Source: Somniosus microcephalus (lineage: Eukaryota). From it: a DNA stretch of 64,000 bases. A program made the position numbers and the translations under genes. Under the pieces are notes generated by a model, which was not told the origin of the DNA, did no database searches, and was given only the letters and a program-made list of their open reading frames with translations. Within the stretch, counting starts at the first letter, position 1, and every line of letters starts with the position of its first letter. This document shows, one piece after another, positions 1 to 12,837 of this stretch. The stretch spans positions 38,502,001-38,566,000 of the forward strand of contig CM126222.1 in the NCBI GenBank assembly GCA_052327205.1. Reading direction: 5' to 3'.

Positions 1-3000
1 GATCATTTAAGTTTTCTACTCTTCAGATTTGTGTTTATGCAATTCTTTTGCAGTATGTGATAACCGGTTGTGCGTTTTGATGTAATGACTGTAGTTTATA
101 TACCACAAAAAATGTTGTTGAAAAATTGAAATGCTTCTAACATGCAAACTGATTGTTTACTATAGTTCATCAATGTGTTGTGTTTGGCCTGTCACATTTA
201 CATTGCTGCCAGTGCCATCACTTTGTGAGCCTAGTTTTTGTGTGTTTCTCTCTTTCAGCAAGTATTTTCTAAATAGAGCTTCTATTTTCTGCAAAAAGCA
301 TCATGTTGTCTTCCTTGCATTAACCCTTTCACCAGCTCAAACCTTGATTAACATTTGATCAAACCATTAGTTCTGCTGATATTAACCTAAATACTCTCTG
401 CACTGATTTCAGTTTATTTTTTACTCAAATAATAACATTTTATAACCATTGAACCAATTTAAGGATGGAATTGGTACAATTTTAGCAACATTTAATGAAT
501 CTGGAATTTTAACAGATTAGTAATGCTCCACAGTAATGCAGTGACTAGATATGCAGCTCCTGCATTGAGATCATCTAAAAGCCAGAACTGGCCAGCGAAA
601 CTGTGTTTCATATGCATTCCAATGAAGGGACTTTGTGAAATGCACCAACAATATAGGCCAGCAAGTCACTGTATTCCATATTTTTAAATTTATATTTATA
701 ACATTCATTTTTTGGGATATTTTGCATGTGGGAACTTAGCAATTGTAGATAATATGAAATCTTGCTTTTCTAACTTTAATTCAGTCATTTGTTTCAACTT
801 GTTACTGAGTTACCTCTTCACAAAAACCATTTCTGGTTTTATTTAAAATTGAAGTAATGGTTTTGGGTCTCTCCCATAATAGGGAAACAAACCGAGTCAA
901 TGAAATAGTTTGTGAAATGCCACTATTATGTTAAAATGTAAACAGGCCTATCTTATCAAGGTGGCTGAAGAGACCCTGTCCTAAAGAGCAAGTATCAGAT
1001 GTAAGAGTTACATGAGTAACAACGGAATTTTTAGTGTGCATTAGCTGAATACATTTCTATTTTAATCTATACCCTCCTAAACGATTAGCACAGTGGTCTG
1101 TAATGGTTTACTTGTTTGGCCCTCTATTGTGCTTCTGTCTCATAGATATAAAAGTTTTAAAGTTTAAAGCATTATGATGCAGAATTCCAGTGCTCTCAGG
1201 ACCTTGGATTCTTAAACATTAATCTTGCACACATGCTGTTGACCCTTCACACCTCGAGTCATTTTTTTTGTGAGGCCAGGGGGCCTTGAATCTAGAGGTG
1301 TACAATGCAGGTTTCCAACTCATTAATTGCAAGCTTGGGCATTTGATAGATTTGACTGTGTTGTACCTCACACTGCGTGAGGAAACATCCCAGATGCTCA
1401 TCTATAAACTTGGAGTCACGGTGCATTTTGCTAAATGGAGGCTCCATCTGCTTTTGGTGAGGAGCTGAGAAGAGAGATGGACTCCTAATGGAGCTGTCTT
1501 CACTGCTGCTGCCATCTTCTTCCAGAGGTCAAGCTGAGTTAATTTGATGGAACTATACCATTGTATACTTCTCTTACTGATGTCCTATTCAACAAAAACC
1601 CATGGTTTACAATTCTGCTTATCTTAAAATCAAAGAACAGACAGACAGTTGTAATTCATGGCAGCTATTCTAAATCTTAATTTCCTCATGTGCAGTGTTT
1701 AAAAGTTCTTGAATGTTTTCTTTATCTGTGACAACTTACACTTGTTCGGTACATTAAAGCATTCAGTGAAGGGCTTGCACTGATGTTAAAGCTACAAATT
1801 CTATACTCTTTGGATTCATGCTGCATCTTTACAATATCTCTCCAAATAAATGCCGCCTGTCTTGTATAATATCACATTTTTTCTTCCCAAATGCCACATT
1901 CTGTTGACTGAGAAATTAAATTTTTTGTACATAATGCAGCACCTTGAAGAATGCACAAGCAGATGTTCAGGTTATTTGTGAGTGTCCTATTAGTTGCTTG
2001 ATTTTCTTGCGGACATTTAAGGTAACACTCAGCATTTGTTACCCAATTTCCTCAGCATGTTCTTTCTGCGTATTTAAATGTATTTTCATTTATTTAACCA
2101 GAAAAGGGGAAAGTGTTTTGAGTGAAATACAAGGTAATGAGGGCTCAGAAAACATCTGGAATTAAAACATTTTCCGCCACTTATTTTGGTGTCATAGGTT
2201 AATGGGTGGTTGCATAGGACCTCACAGAATACAGTTATTTGAGATGATGCATTCTCTATGTCTAATATAAAGTAACAAAAGAACAAGGTAAGTGTAGGAA
2301 ACAGTACTAACCCCCCCAACTCCAACCACCCTTTTCCATCTATTCAAGTTAAAACGTTTGTTTAAAAAGTCTCCAACTTAAATGCCCAGTGTTATTGTAA
2401 CAGCTCCATGACACCTGCTATTTCAGGTCTCAGCCTTCCCCCAGAGATGCTCAACTGGTAGTGATCCTGTTTTCTGTTAAGTATTTCATTCTGGAAGCTT
2501 CACTGCTGGCCAGATAGGTCCCAAATGGCATTCGTAGCTGGTATGGATTCTGGACTCTTTTTGGAGACGCGTTCTGATAAAGCCTTTAGCTAGCCACATC
2601 GATATGACACTTGAAATGATGGGTCTCTGTGGAACTACGTCAAAAATATTATACATCAAAGTAGCAGACTTTTTGAACTAATTTTTAAATCTAACTTGTC
2701 AAGGAGAATACTTTGCTCCCCACATTTGAAGGAGAAGGTTACTGACTCTCCTCTGCTACACAAATTAAACCTAAATTAAACCTATCCGCATTGTCCTTCC
2801 TACCTAGTCCAATGCACATCCAAAACTGCCAGCTTCATCCTTCCTATGAAGCCCATTACACACTGATAACGCTCATGAAACGTGCCACCTTCATCCTCAT
2901 CATCTTCTTGCATCTTGCATGCACTATACAGGGTATCCATTGCATACATCAAACCTACGACCGTTGTCGCCCCTACTGAATCCATGACGTGCAAAATGTG

Positions 3001-4339
3001 GCTATCAGTTTTATCCTTCCTACTGTGGTTCCATTGGATACAGATCACCAGGTTCATTCTACTTACACACCCCATCATATATAAATGCATACAGGCTAGC
3101 ATTCTAATGTCTTTCTAGTAACACAGCTCACCAGAGCTGTTTAGAGTATATTCAGAGAAATGGCTTTGAATTTAATTGGCTATAGTCTGTATGTTAAATT
3201 ATCCGCTCTGTTGTGAACACTGTTTCCTTTTTGGTTCCAGTACCATTTATTCTATAAACGTTTCCACTACTACTGCAACACGGCCTAGATGTTGAGTCCT
3301 TTGATTTAGATTGAAGTTTAGGATGGTTGCATTCTAAAAACATTTTTGTGAATAATCCAGTGTACCTGCGAATGCACTTCTCTTCCCTCACTGTTCAGTT
3401 TTCTCTCCTTCCCTTTGCCTCTGCTTCCTGCATCACCTTTTCAGCACCATAGGCAGCTTGCAACAAGGGTTAAATCCTACAACGTTATGTAGCGCAACAC
3501 ATTTGCTAGACCCCAATATTGATCCTGTGTTTTCCTCTGTCGAGCTCAAAACGCCATTAAATGATTGATAAAATATTAAATCCTGAAGCAAATACAATTT
3601 ACGGGTGCCTTTACACTCTTACTGTAAAGTCAGCTCACAGTGGTTTTGCCTCACGCCATTCTACTGTTGTCCTATAACAGCAGCCTAAATCCAAGGTCAG
3701 GGCTTGACCTGACACCAGAGTGAGATCGCCTAGAATCAGGTCAGACCCTAATTCCAGAATTAAGCCATAGAAGTTCAGCATCAATACGAAGCAAAAATCA
3801 CTTTGCACCAATACTATACTTGTAGTTTAATTTCATCCGAATAATATTCAAAAACCTTAACCACGAAAAAATGTAAGAGATTTTACTTAATTAAACTTTG
3901 CTGATTTAGATTTAAATGGAGTAATGCCATTAATATATTATTCAGTACCTAGCTATTGCTGTTATCATTGAGCCTTTTCCACCTACTCCATGATTAGACA
4001 GCTCAGTTTGATGGTTTCCATGGCACATCCCATTGATCTTCCCTTTTACACTTGCCCTCATTATTCTCCTTTAAAAGCACGTCATTGTCTGTTTGATCTC
4101 TTGAGCTACAACCTGTTCCTCCACTTTCACTGCTTTTAAGAGCGGGATTTGCTCTAACTTTGGATTTTCAGCGCCCTGGATGCAGAATATCGCTTTTCCA
4201 CCTCTATCCCCACCCCTTCAGAAGTAAAATAATTAGATGAACTGTTTAGTGCTGTGAGTCAATTTGTTTCAGAAAACTCGCATATTAGAATTCTTCAAAC
4301 AACATTTACATAGCCCTCTTAAACAGCAGAAACAAGAGA

Positions 4340-4570
4340 TGTTCCAAAGACACACCAGCTTCACAAGATAAACATGGGTGAGGAAGGCCATTTGACCCAT
4401 TAGTTGATCCATCCAGAAAGCCCCTAAAATTGTCCCCTATTGCAGAATCCAGCTGTTTTGTAAATGGTTGCAGGGATTTCATTTCCACTCCTCTATCCAG
4501 ACGTCCATTCTATGTGTTGATTATTCTTGTGAAGAAGTTGCTGATATCAATCCTAAATTTACACTTTGCC
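4340..4570 (-). mobile_element. Degenerate CR1-type 3' fragment
   Basis: aggaaggccatttgaccc and gaatccagctgttttgtaaatggtt; related in reverse to 12650-12837. Confidence 0.5.
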
Positions 4571-4818
4571 TTGTTTCACTGACTGCTGAGCAAAGTAGTC
4601 TAATCTGATAATTAATATGGGACGGCTTCTAAGCTAAAATTCCTCCTAATACTAATTAAAATTATTTCCGAATTAAGCCTAGTTAGAAAAGCGATTCAGT
4701 TTAGTGTTACTAGATAAAGTGATCCAATTCCTGTAAGGTGCCACCTTTACTTGTCTCACTTATACTGCATTCACAGTAGACAAATTGGACTGGGGTTGAT
4801 AATGAAGCCTCAATATTG

Positions 4819-5193
4819 ACACCAATACCTTGGCTGCCCGTGCTTGCAAACATCGCACCACCACACCTACACCGTGAATATGCAGTCTCCAGAGAATAAA
4901 ACCGCTACACCAGCAAAGACATGCCGATCCAGGCCGACTTGATCAGTTTACCACCAACCCATCTCAAATCTAGAAGGCCATCTTGGACCGTCACCGAAGC
5001 CATTCAGTGATCTCCCTCAACCTTGATGACTGATGGCGAAATACTTGGGAGAACTGTTACATGTCAAATGGATGCCTTATAGAGGACCCACAGTACAATC
5101 TAAAGGATCAAACAGTGGACAACCATCAACCGCCTCAGAACCAGTCATGGTAGATGCTTCCACATTCTCCATAGATGGAAGATTAAAGCATCC
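4819..5193 (+). mobile_element. Vingi-like (Ingi/I group) non-LTR retrotransposon, 5' part of a split 3' fragment
   Basis: Manual translation gives TPIPWLPVLANIAPPHLHREYA, then MPIQADLISLPPTHLKSRRPSW, then WTTINRLRTSHGRCFHILHRWKIKAS. Contains stops, so it is absent from the ORF track. Confidence 0.75.
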
Positions 5194-6670
5194 CAGAACT
5201 AGTCGCACCTCTAGCCAAGCTGTTCCAGTACAGCTATAACACCGGCATCTATCCGACAATGTGGAAAACTGCCCAGGTATGTCCTGTCCACAAAAAAAAG
5301 CAGGACAAATCCAATCCGGCCAATTTCTGCCCCATCAGTCTACTCTCAATCATCAGCAAAGTGATGGAAGGTGTCATCGACAGAGCTATCAAGCAGCACT
5401 TACTCACCAATAACCTGCTCACTGATGCCCAGTTTGGGTTCCACAAGGACCACTCGGCTCCAGACCTCATTACAGCTTTGGTCCAAACATGGACAAAAGA
5501 ACTGAATTCCAGAGGTGAGGTGAGAGTGACTGCCCTTGACATCAAGGCAGCATTTGACCGAGTGGCATCAAGGAGCCCTCGTAAAATTGAAGTCAATGGG
5601 ATTCAGGGGGAAAACTCTCCACTGGCTGGAGTCATACCTAGCACAAAGGAAGATGGTTGTGGTGGTTGGAGGTCAATCATCACAGCCCCAGGAGTTCCTC
5701 AGGGCAATGTCCTCGGCCCAACCATCTTCAGCTGCTTCATCAATGACCTTCCCTCCATCATAAGGTCAGAAGTGGGGATGTTCGCTGATGACTGCTCAGT
5801 GTTCAGTGCCGTTTGCAATTCCTCAGATAATGAAGCAGTCCATGCCCACATGCAGCAAGACCTAGACGACATTCAGGCTTGGGCTGATAATTGGCAGGTA
5901 ACATTCGCGCCACACAAGTGCCAGGCAATGACTATCTCCAACAAGCGAGCGTCTAACCACCACCCCTTGGCATTCAATGGCATTGCCATCACTGAATCCC
6001 CCACCATCAATATCCTGGGGGTCACTATTGACCAGAAACTTAACTGGACCAGCCACATAAATACTGTGGCAACAAGAGCAGATCAGAGGCTAGGTATTCT
6101 GCAGCGAGTGTCTCACCTCCTGACTCCCCAAAACCTTTCCACCATCTACAAGGCACAAGTCAGGAATGTGATGGAATACTCTCCACTTGCCTGGGTGAGT
6201 GCTGCTCCAACAACACTCAAGAAACTCGACACCATCCAAGACAAAGCAGCCCGCTTGATTGGTACCCCATCCACCACCTTAAACATTCACTCCCTCCACC
6301 ACCTGCGTACTGTGGCTGCAGTATGTACCATCTGCAAGATGCACTTCAGCATCTCGCCAAGGCTTCTTCAGCAGCACCTCCCAAACCCGCGACTTCTACC
6401 ACCTAGAAGGACAAGGGCAGCAGGCGCATGGGAACACCACCACCTCCAAGTCTCACACCATCCTGACTTGGAAGTATATCGCCGTTCCTTCATCGTCGCT
6501 GGGTCGAAATCCTGGAACTCCCTCCCTAACAGCACAGTGGGAGTACCTTCACCACATGGTCTGCAGCGGTTCAAGAAGGTGGCTCACCACCACCTTCTCA
6601 AGGGCAACTAGGGATGGGCAATAAATGCAGGCCTTGCCAGCGACGTCCACATCCCATGAACGAATAAAAA
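5193..6670 (+). mobile_element. 5'-truncated CR1-superfamily LINE (RT domain to 3' end), copy 1
   Basis: RT motifs PISLLSIISKVME, QFGF, ALDIKAAFDRV, GVPQG..LGP, MFADD; stop at 6611; structured 3' UTR and A-rich end. Carries frameshifts relative to copy 2. Confidence 0.92.
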
Positions 6671-6673
6671 TGC

Positions 6674-6857
6674 CCATCATGCGACTGTGGAGCTCCTAAT
6701 CAGACCCTGGAGCACATCATCAAACACTGCCCTCAGAGGAAATTCGCAGGCAACCTACAAGATATCCATGCTGTTACACCGGAAGCTTTGGCCTGGATAT
6801 CTGACTTAGATATTGACATTTAATTTGTTTTTTGCTACTACCATGCGAAAGAAGGAG
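6674..6857 (+). mobile_element. Vingi-like element, 3' part with C-terminal CCHC motif and tail
   Basis: PSCDCGAPNQTLEHIIKHCPQRKFAGNLQDIHAVTPEALAWISDLDIDI* (stop 6821-6823), then a short UTR ending ccatgcgaaagaaggag. Confidence 0.75.
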
Positions 6858-7234
6858 ACGTGATGTACTTTTGGTTTTACATTAATCTGAATCAGTGAAG
6901 TTAGATTTCAAAGCCAATTTAGCAATGAAGATGTAATACTGATTTCTTCAGTCATTGTTAACTTGAAGGTTTAAATAGGAAACCTATAATTCATGACTGC
7001 CTAATACTTTTCAAATAGCTTGTTTTACTCTTCTGTGTTCAATCCAGAAGGCGTGTACAGTTGACCAAAGCTGTAACTCATTATTTTAGGAGTTTCCCAG
7101 TGTTTCATATGTGGTCACTGTACCTGATTGAGATTTTCCTTGCTGCCACCTTTAGATATTTGAATGTTTGGCTGGATCTGTCTCTAATGATTTTCTTTTT
7201 GGTCTAGTCCACGTATTCCCAGCTTTTCCCACTC

Positions 7235-7649
7235 TGACACTTGCTTCTAAGTCAGAAGATTCACCCCAGAAATGCGAACACAGAATTTAGGCTGACAATT
7301 ACTAACCCACTACTGAGGTCAGAGATGCCATCATTTGGATGAGATGTTAAATCGAAGCCCTGTCTTCTCTCAGGTAGATGTCAAAGATCCCATGACGTTA
7401 CTCAAAGAAAAGCAACAGAGTTCTCCCAATAACCTGGCCATTATTTATCTCTCAAACAACATTGCCAAAGCAAATTATTTAGTCATGTATCTATTAATGT
7501 TTGTGGGAGCTCGCTGTGCACAAATTGGCTGCCACATTTCCCGACATTACAACAGTGATTACACTTCAAAGATTACTTCATTGGCTGTGAAGCACAGTGG
7601 GACATCCCGAGGCTGTGAAAGGTGCTGCATAAACACAAGTTCTTTCTTT
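7235..7649 (+). mobile_element. Deu-domain tRNA-derived SINE (SacSINE1-like), diverged
   Basis: Shares ggatgagatgttaaa, ctcaggt.gatgt.aaagatcccatg, tttgtggga, caacagtga.tacacttcaaa and the L2-like tail with the copies at 21.7 kb and 26.3 kb. Confidence 0.8.
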
Positions 7650-10207
7650 ACCACATTCAACGTGCCACACCATCATGCTGTTCTGAAGCATTCTTATTGT
7701 GCAACTACATACTTAAGCAGCATCTGCATATACTTCTTTGGAAGAAAGTCAACATTAAAAGCAAAATAAGTAGGAAAATATTTTACAAACTTTGATAAAT
7801 GCACTCATTATCTATTCCCATATGGGGAAAATTCATAACCCATTGTTTCAATGCTTGGGAATGATTTCTTGAAGGGAACAGATCAACCTTATTGAAAAAA
7901 TGATTTATGAAGCTGTTAAATATGTTGCTTATTAATGTTTGCTGGAAACACTTCCTCCACTTTCAAGTTGAACCCCATCCCACAGTCGTAAGCACTGAAT
8001 ACAGTAAGTTGGCACATTTCGCAAATAGTACTTTATTCATTAACTCTCTGCTGTTTATTGTTATCCTGGTCAGTCAATTGCATATAGAATCTAAAGATAT
8101 TTTGATTATATTTGCATGAAGTATTTAATTAGTACTACATACATGCCTGTTACAAGAGTTCTTTGAGGAGAAGCTAGACGAGAGATTCTTCTCAGGAGTT
8201 CAGTCCAATCTGCTTTCCATTAAGAAGTGGGCGGTGCTGGATCTTGAAAACTCTTTTATTTGGTGTATGTGGGGGGGGGGGGGGGGAGGCGGGGTGAATC
8301 ATTCAGTTGACCATTCTCTCCTTAGCGTTGTTACACTTTTCCTCTTAACTGATATTTTTGCATTTAAATCTTTCCACATCTGCCTGATGTCAGACATGCC
8401 TTCTATGTAATCAAAGACTTCTATTCCACATCCATTCGCATTTGTAGAAAATATTATCTCCCTACACGCATTAATCCAGTTATCTGTCTCAATTACAGAC
8501 ATCATGAATGCAGCACAGATGGATGGGATGGAAGGCATTTCAAATTGAGCCTTTGCAGACCTCACTAAAAACTGTAATTGCACCGTGCTTAGCCCGGCTT
8601 TGAGTGTTAATCTACACATGCAGGACTCAGCAAATCATTTCAGTAACTATAGTCCGTGTTCCCTTTACTAGATTATCCATATATGACAGCAGTACTGTAG
8701 ACTATTGGAAGTCGACCTTAAATGTGGATTGACAATTGAAAGTCTGATGGCCCAACCACATTAAAAAAAAAAAAAAATCCTGTGTGAATGTATGGAATTA
8801 CTTTTTTTAATGTAAATGTTTATATAAAAATGTATTCAGATCCAGCTCGTTTCTGTATGTCGTTCCTCCTAAGTTATTACATGTGGTTTGGCAGAGCAAA
8901 TAAGCCACCAGGTGTTACCATAAGTGCATTAAACACCCCCACGACTTCAGATCGAACAAGCAAAAGATTTAATATAAAACAAAATGAGCTATTCAAATCT
9001 TGTAGCTTTTAGACTTTCCCTCCCCCATAGGTTCCTTCAGTTTTGCACAGCATTCCCCAGCCAAAAGAGTTAACAAGCTATCTGCTCCCAAATCTAAGGT
9101 CTTGCCGGCTCCCGCGGAGGTGCTTGGCAATGGCTCCGATTGACTTTTTACATGAGATTTTTTTTCCCTTCACCAGCCCGTCCCCGTGGCTCTCCCTTAC
9201 AGCACCACTGAAATTGCAAACTTTTCACGTCGAATTTTAATGTTTTATCAAAAATGTATACAGATCTTTCACCCGGTTTAATATTCTGTAATCTAGAAAC
9301 CAAATCTCATTTATAGCCTTTAAGGGAAAAACCTTTTGAAAAGGCAAACTTTAAAAGTACTGCCATGCAGCAGACCCTGCCATTAAGTGCTTACAGGTGT
9401 AAAGATCTGTTATTAAGTGGGTTGAAGTGTTACTTGACTGTCTGCTAGTTTAAAAGTTACCATTTCCCCCTGCTGTGATGTGTGGAATCTTGCAGGATAA
9501 AGGATAAGTGGCTGCCCTGAATGAACTGAGTCTCTATCATCGCAGCACTCTGTGCCCATCCTTCACTTGCTGAAAGTTGCTTGCCATCCTGACTTGACAG
9601 GTTGGTGAAACTCCACAATGTTCCTGGCGAGGTCCGGGATGATGGATAGGAAATCACGCCTGGCTGTGCACCAGAACCTGTTCACGCTATGCAATTGTGA
9701 AGCAACACCATCTGCCCCCAAGAAACCTTTGTAAAAGATACTGTCATCAACATTTACCACACAAGAGAGCTCTGCAGCCTCTGTTTCTTTGTTTCATTAA
9801 CCCCACACTCTGTTACTTTTCGTGTTCAACTACTTGTTTTACAATGAGAGATCCAGGCCGTCAGAAAAGGTGTTGAGATTTGTGTCGCAATCTTCGGACA
9901 AACAGTGTCTAAAAGCCAGCAGCTTCTTGAAATCCCTTCAAAATGGTTTCTTTAGTTTCAAACTGATCTGTTCAGCTTTCGATAATATATGTCAAAGTCT
10001 TCCTTAATTTTTATCTCATGTCTGTATAATACTGAATTTCCCTTGCCTTGTGTGGAACATGAGTGTGTTTATTACTTAGTAGTTACGTCTACCTTAGTGA
10101 AATTAAAATGAAGATGTATCAACTTCGTTTATCATCATAAACTGCAGCGCTGTTCATAAATCCCGTGTACATTTTGCTGCACTTAAAGGACAGACTAAAA
10201 CTGAATA

Positions 10208-10315
10208 AAAGAACGTACATTTACACCGCATCTTTTCTGACCTCAACACATCCCAAAGCACTTCACTGCCAATGATTTTTTTTGGGAATGCAGTCAGTGT
10301 TGTAATGTAGGAAAA
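10208..10315 (-). mobile_element. 3' tail fragment of the same SINE family
   Basis: Reverse complement reads tttcctacattacaacactgact...attggcagtgaagtgctttgggatgtgttgaggtc. Confidence 0.65.
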
Positions 10316-11074
10316 TAATACGTTTAAATATTATGTTATATGGAAAACATGTGATGACGGAGTAACAAGCCTGCGTACAAGACTCATAAATTGATTTATC
10401 TAATAAAGCCATATAATTCTGAACTTATTTTTAAGGTGCATAAGTGCATGTGGTATTAAATCCATCATCCAAAGATGTATCTAAGGTACATTAGCAAACC
10501 TACTTCAGCATCGCAGTGAAGCGGTTTGAGGTCACGTCAAGCTCCAGACTCGAGTGGAATCCCTGGCACCTGATGATTTCACATTGAACTGCAGACTGCA
10601 GTGTAAACACAGTCTTGTGTAGTTCAGGTTCAGGAAGTGAAGAAGAAGGGGTGAATGTCAGTGATAGAATGATGTCATCGCATATGCTCCAGCTCCTCCC
10701 ATCGACTTTGGTGAAAAGTTTTTTTTTGCCCCAGTAACTTTCAACCAGCTTAATTACATTACTAACAACAAAACGTTGAATTCAGGGTCTTTGGGCTCCA
10801 AATATCATGTCACCACACAACCATTATGAAGTTGCAATCTCCAGGGGATTCACACCACTGATTCCAAAGGAACTTGGATGAGGTTTTGGGGGCACTGCTA
10901 TAAATCAGCTTTCCAAACCTGTGGTGAACTCGGGAGTAATTTGCTTGCTACAGTGGGACTGTGCTGTAAAAGTCAGTAATCGACACTGTGTCTGTGTTAA
11001 CTCAGTGTCTATTATATCACTGTAATACACAGTGATTTCAGGTCCCTTGTATTTTAAATATTTTTATTTTCCCC

Positions 11075-11367
11075 TGCTAAAAGCTAGTTGCATTCCAGTA
11101 CTCCACCCAAGCATGGGTCACAGCGGTAACTGTGAACAGGCATCCGACTGCAGGGGTTCATAGCCGAGCTGGCTCCTGCCCTCAGCCAACAACCAAACAT
11201 ATCCGCTTTCACCTGGGTTCGCTGGGTGGCAATGAGGAGTGCGAACAGTCCTACTGTAGCAAGCTGAAATCAGCTACCTCAGCATAGAAGGAGGATTGAT
11301 CCGGGAACCTTCCTTGCTCATATGGCTCAGCTACTCACTTAGTAAACTCATTGAGGCATCGGGAGAA
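11075..11367 (-). mobile_element. Ancient tRNA-derived SINE (family not assigned)
   Basis: Minus strand head ...ctgagccatatgagcaaggaaggttcccggatcaatcc...tgctgaggtagctgatttcagc, with a degenerate B box. Recognised by pattern only. Confidence 0.45.
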
Positions 11368-12168
11368 CTACCATCGGTTCCTTGAACATAGAGAAACCTT
11401 ACTTGTATCACCAATGGAAATTAAAATCATATTTCCACAAAACAATGCAACTTCTGTTGATTTTCTTGGAGTTATAAGTATAATTTAAATATATTTTGGT
11501 ATAAACAGACAAGTATGATGAATACCTCCATTTGGGAAGCATCTATAATTCAGTTAATCACTGTTGAGTTAGTATCCAGTCAGCCTTTCATATGGCAATA
11601 TTTGTCATGTCCAGGCAGGTCTGTGTAAAATACCCTCCCATAATTTTCTGTTCCAATGATGCTTGCAGACTTGTGCTAATAACTGTGTACTGTATTTAAT
11701 TTTAGAAGCTTAAAAAGAAAACTTGTATGTTACCTTTTTAATTGTTTTTATTGTAAGCAATTTGCAGAAGAAGAGATACTGGTACTGTTAATTAGTTAAA
11801 TTCCACCAGATCCATCCATCAACACGCAAAATAATACTTGTCCCAACATAAACGCAAAGTAAAGTAGGGTGGCAGATTCAGACATTCCTAATTACAGACT
11901 AGACAGAAGTAGCTGACACAAATGTGGTCCAGTGACTTGACTATAACAGCATGGTTGTGGGGTGTAGTGGGGGGGGAGGGAGGATGGGCACAGAGAGCAG
12001 GCAACTTTTCTATTTGGTATGTAGACGTTTAAGTGCAACACTGAAATCTTCAGTCAATGCTGTTCTAGTTTCATTACTTATGAGTTTTTTTTCTGGAAAC
12101 ATGTTGGAATTGTGTAAGCAGCATAATTTATGCAATTTGCTGATTTATGTTTTTTTTTAAACCCTCAG

Positions 12169-12401
12169 TCCTCTCCACGCAGTGTCCTTTGCAGTTGCCT
12201 GCAGTGTGCCTGGTATAGCTCTGTTGACCCTTGGAGTTAACCCACTGACTGGAGCGCTGGGAGCCTTTAACATTTTCCTCTACACGTGCTGCTACACCCC
12301 AATGAAACGGTTGAGCATCCTGAACACCTGGGTAGGCTCCGTGGTTGGGGCCATTCCTCCAGTCATGGGCTGGACAGCAGCCACTGGCAGCATCAGTGCA
12401 G
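12169..12401 (+). CDS. COX10: COX10 penultimate coding exon (protoheme IX farnesyltransferase / heme O synthase, UbiA family), 233 bp
   Basis: Translates (S)[77 protein letters not shown](G), a recognisable COX10 sequence. A T-rich tract and acceptor ccctcag end at 12168; donor GTGAGT starts at 12402. Upstream exons were not found in the window. Confidence 0.96.
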
Positions 12402-12649
12402 GTGAGTCCTTTACGCAATCTGTCCCACAAAAGCTCTGGGAAATGTAAGGATGTGCACTGAATGGACAATAAGTTTGATTTCCTACAAACTAATCGTCTG
12501 TATCGATTGTAAATATGAAGCATCATTTTAGGATGAGGAGGAAGAGCAATTTTTCGCCCACAACTGGACACAACCATTCTTTAATTCACGGCAGGTAGAA
12601 ATAGCCTAACAATGTAGTGTTGAATAATTTAGGAACACAACTAGATCTT

Positions 12650-12837
12650 GTGTCAGGAAGTTTTTCTTCACATAGAGAGTGATCAACACAGGGATTGAAC
12701 TTCCAGATAGAGCGAAAACCCAGAATCATTTAAGAACCAATTAGATGCTGCAGTGGAGGGGCTTTATAGGGTCATTCAGGATGGATGAACTAAGGGTAGC
12801 TGAATGGCCTTCCTCATCCATAATTATCTTGTGATCT
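12650..12837 (+). mobile_element. Degenerate CR1-type 3' fragment
   Basis: tttttcttcacatagagagtg...tcatttaagaaccaattagatg...gctgaatggccttcctc...cttgtgatct. Confidence 0.55.

Noticed and set aside
2791-3118. Overlapping 62-100 aa ORFs with an acidic EDDEDE stretch
   Set aside because: No recognisable family or splice structure; possibly a decayed repeat.
5259-6611. 450-aa apparently intact reverse transcriptase ORF (possible active or domesticated element)
   Set aside because: Comparison with copy 2 shows a 2-bp deletion near 5564 and a 13-bp deletion near 5690 that compensate. About 42 residues of the RT core between them are out of frame, and the element is 5'-truncated with no endonuclease.
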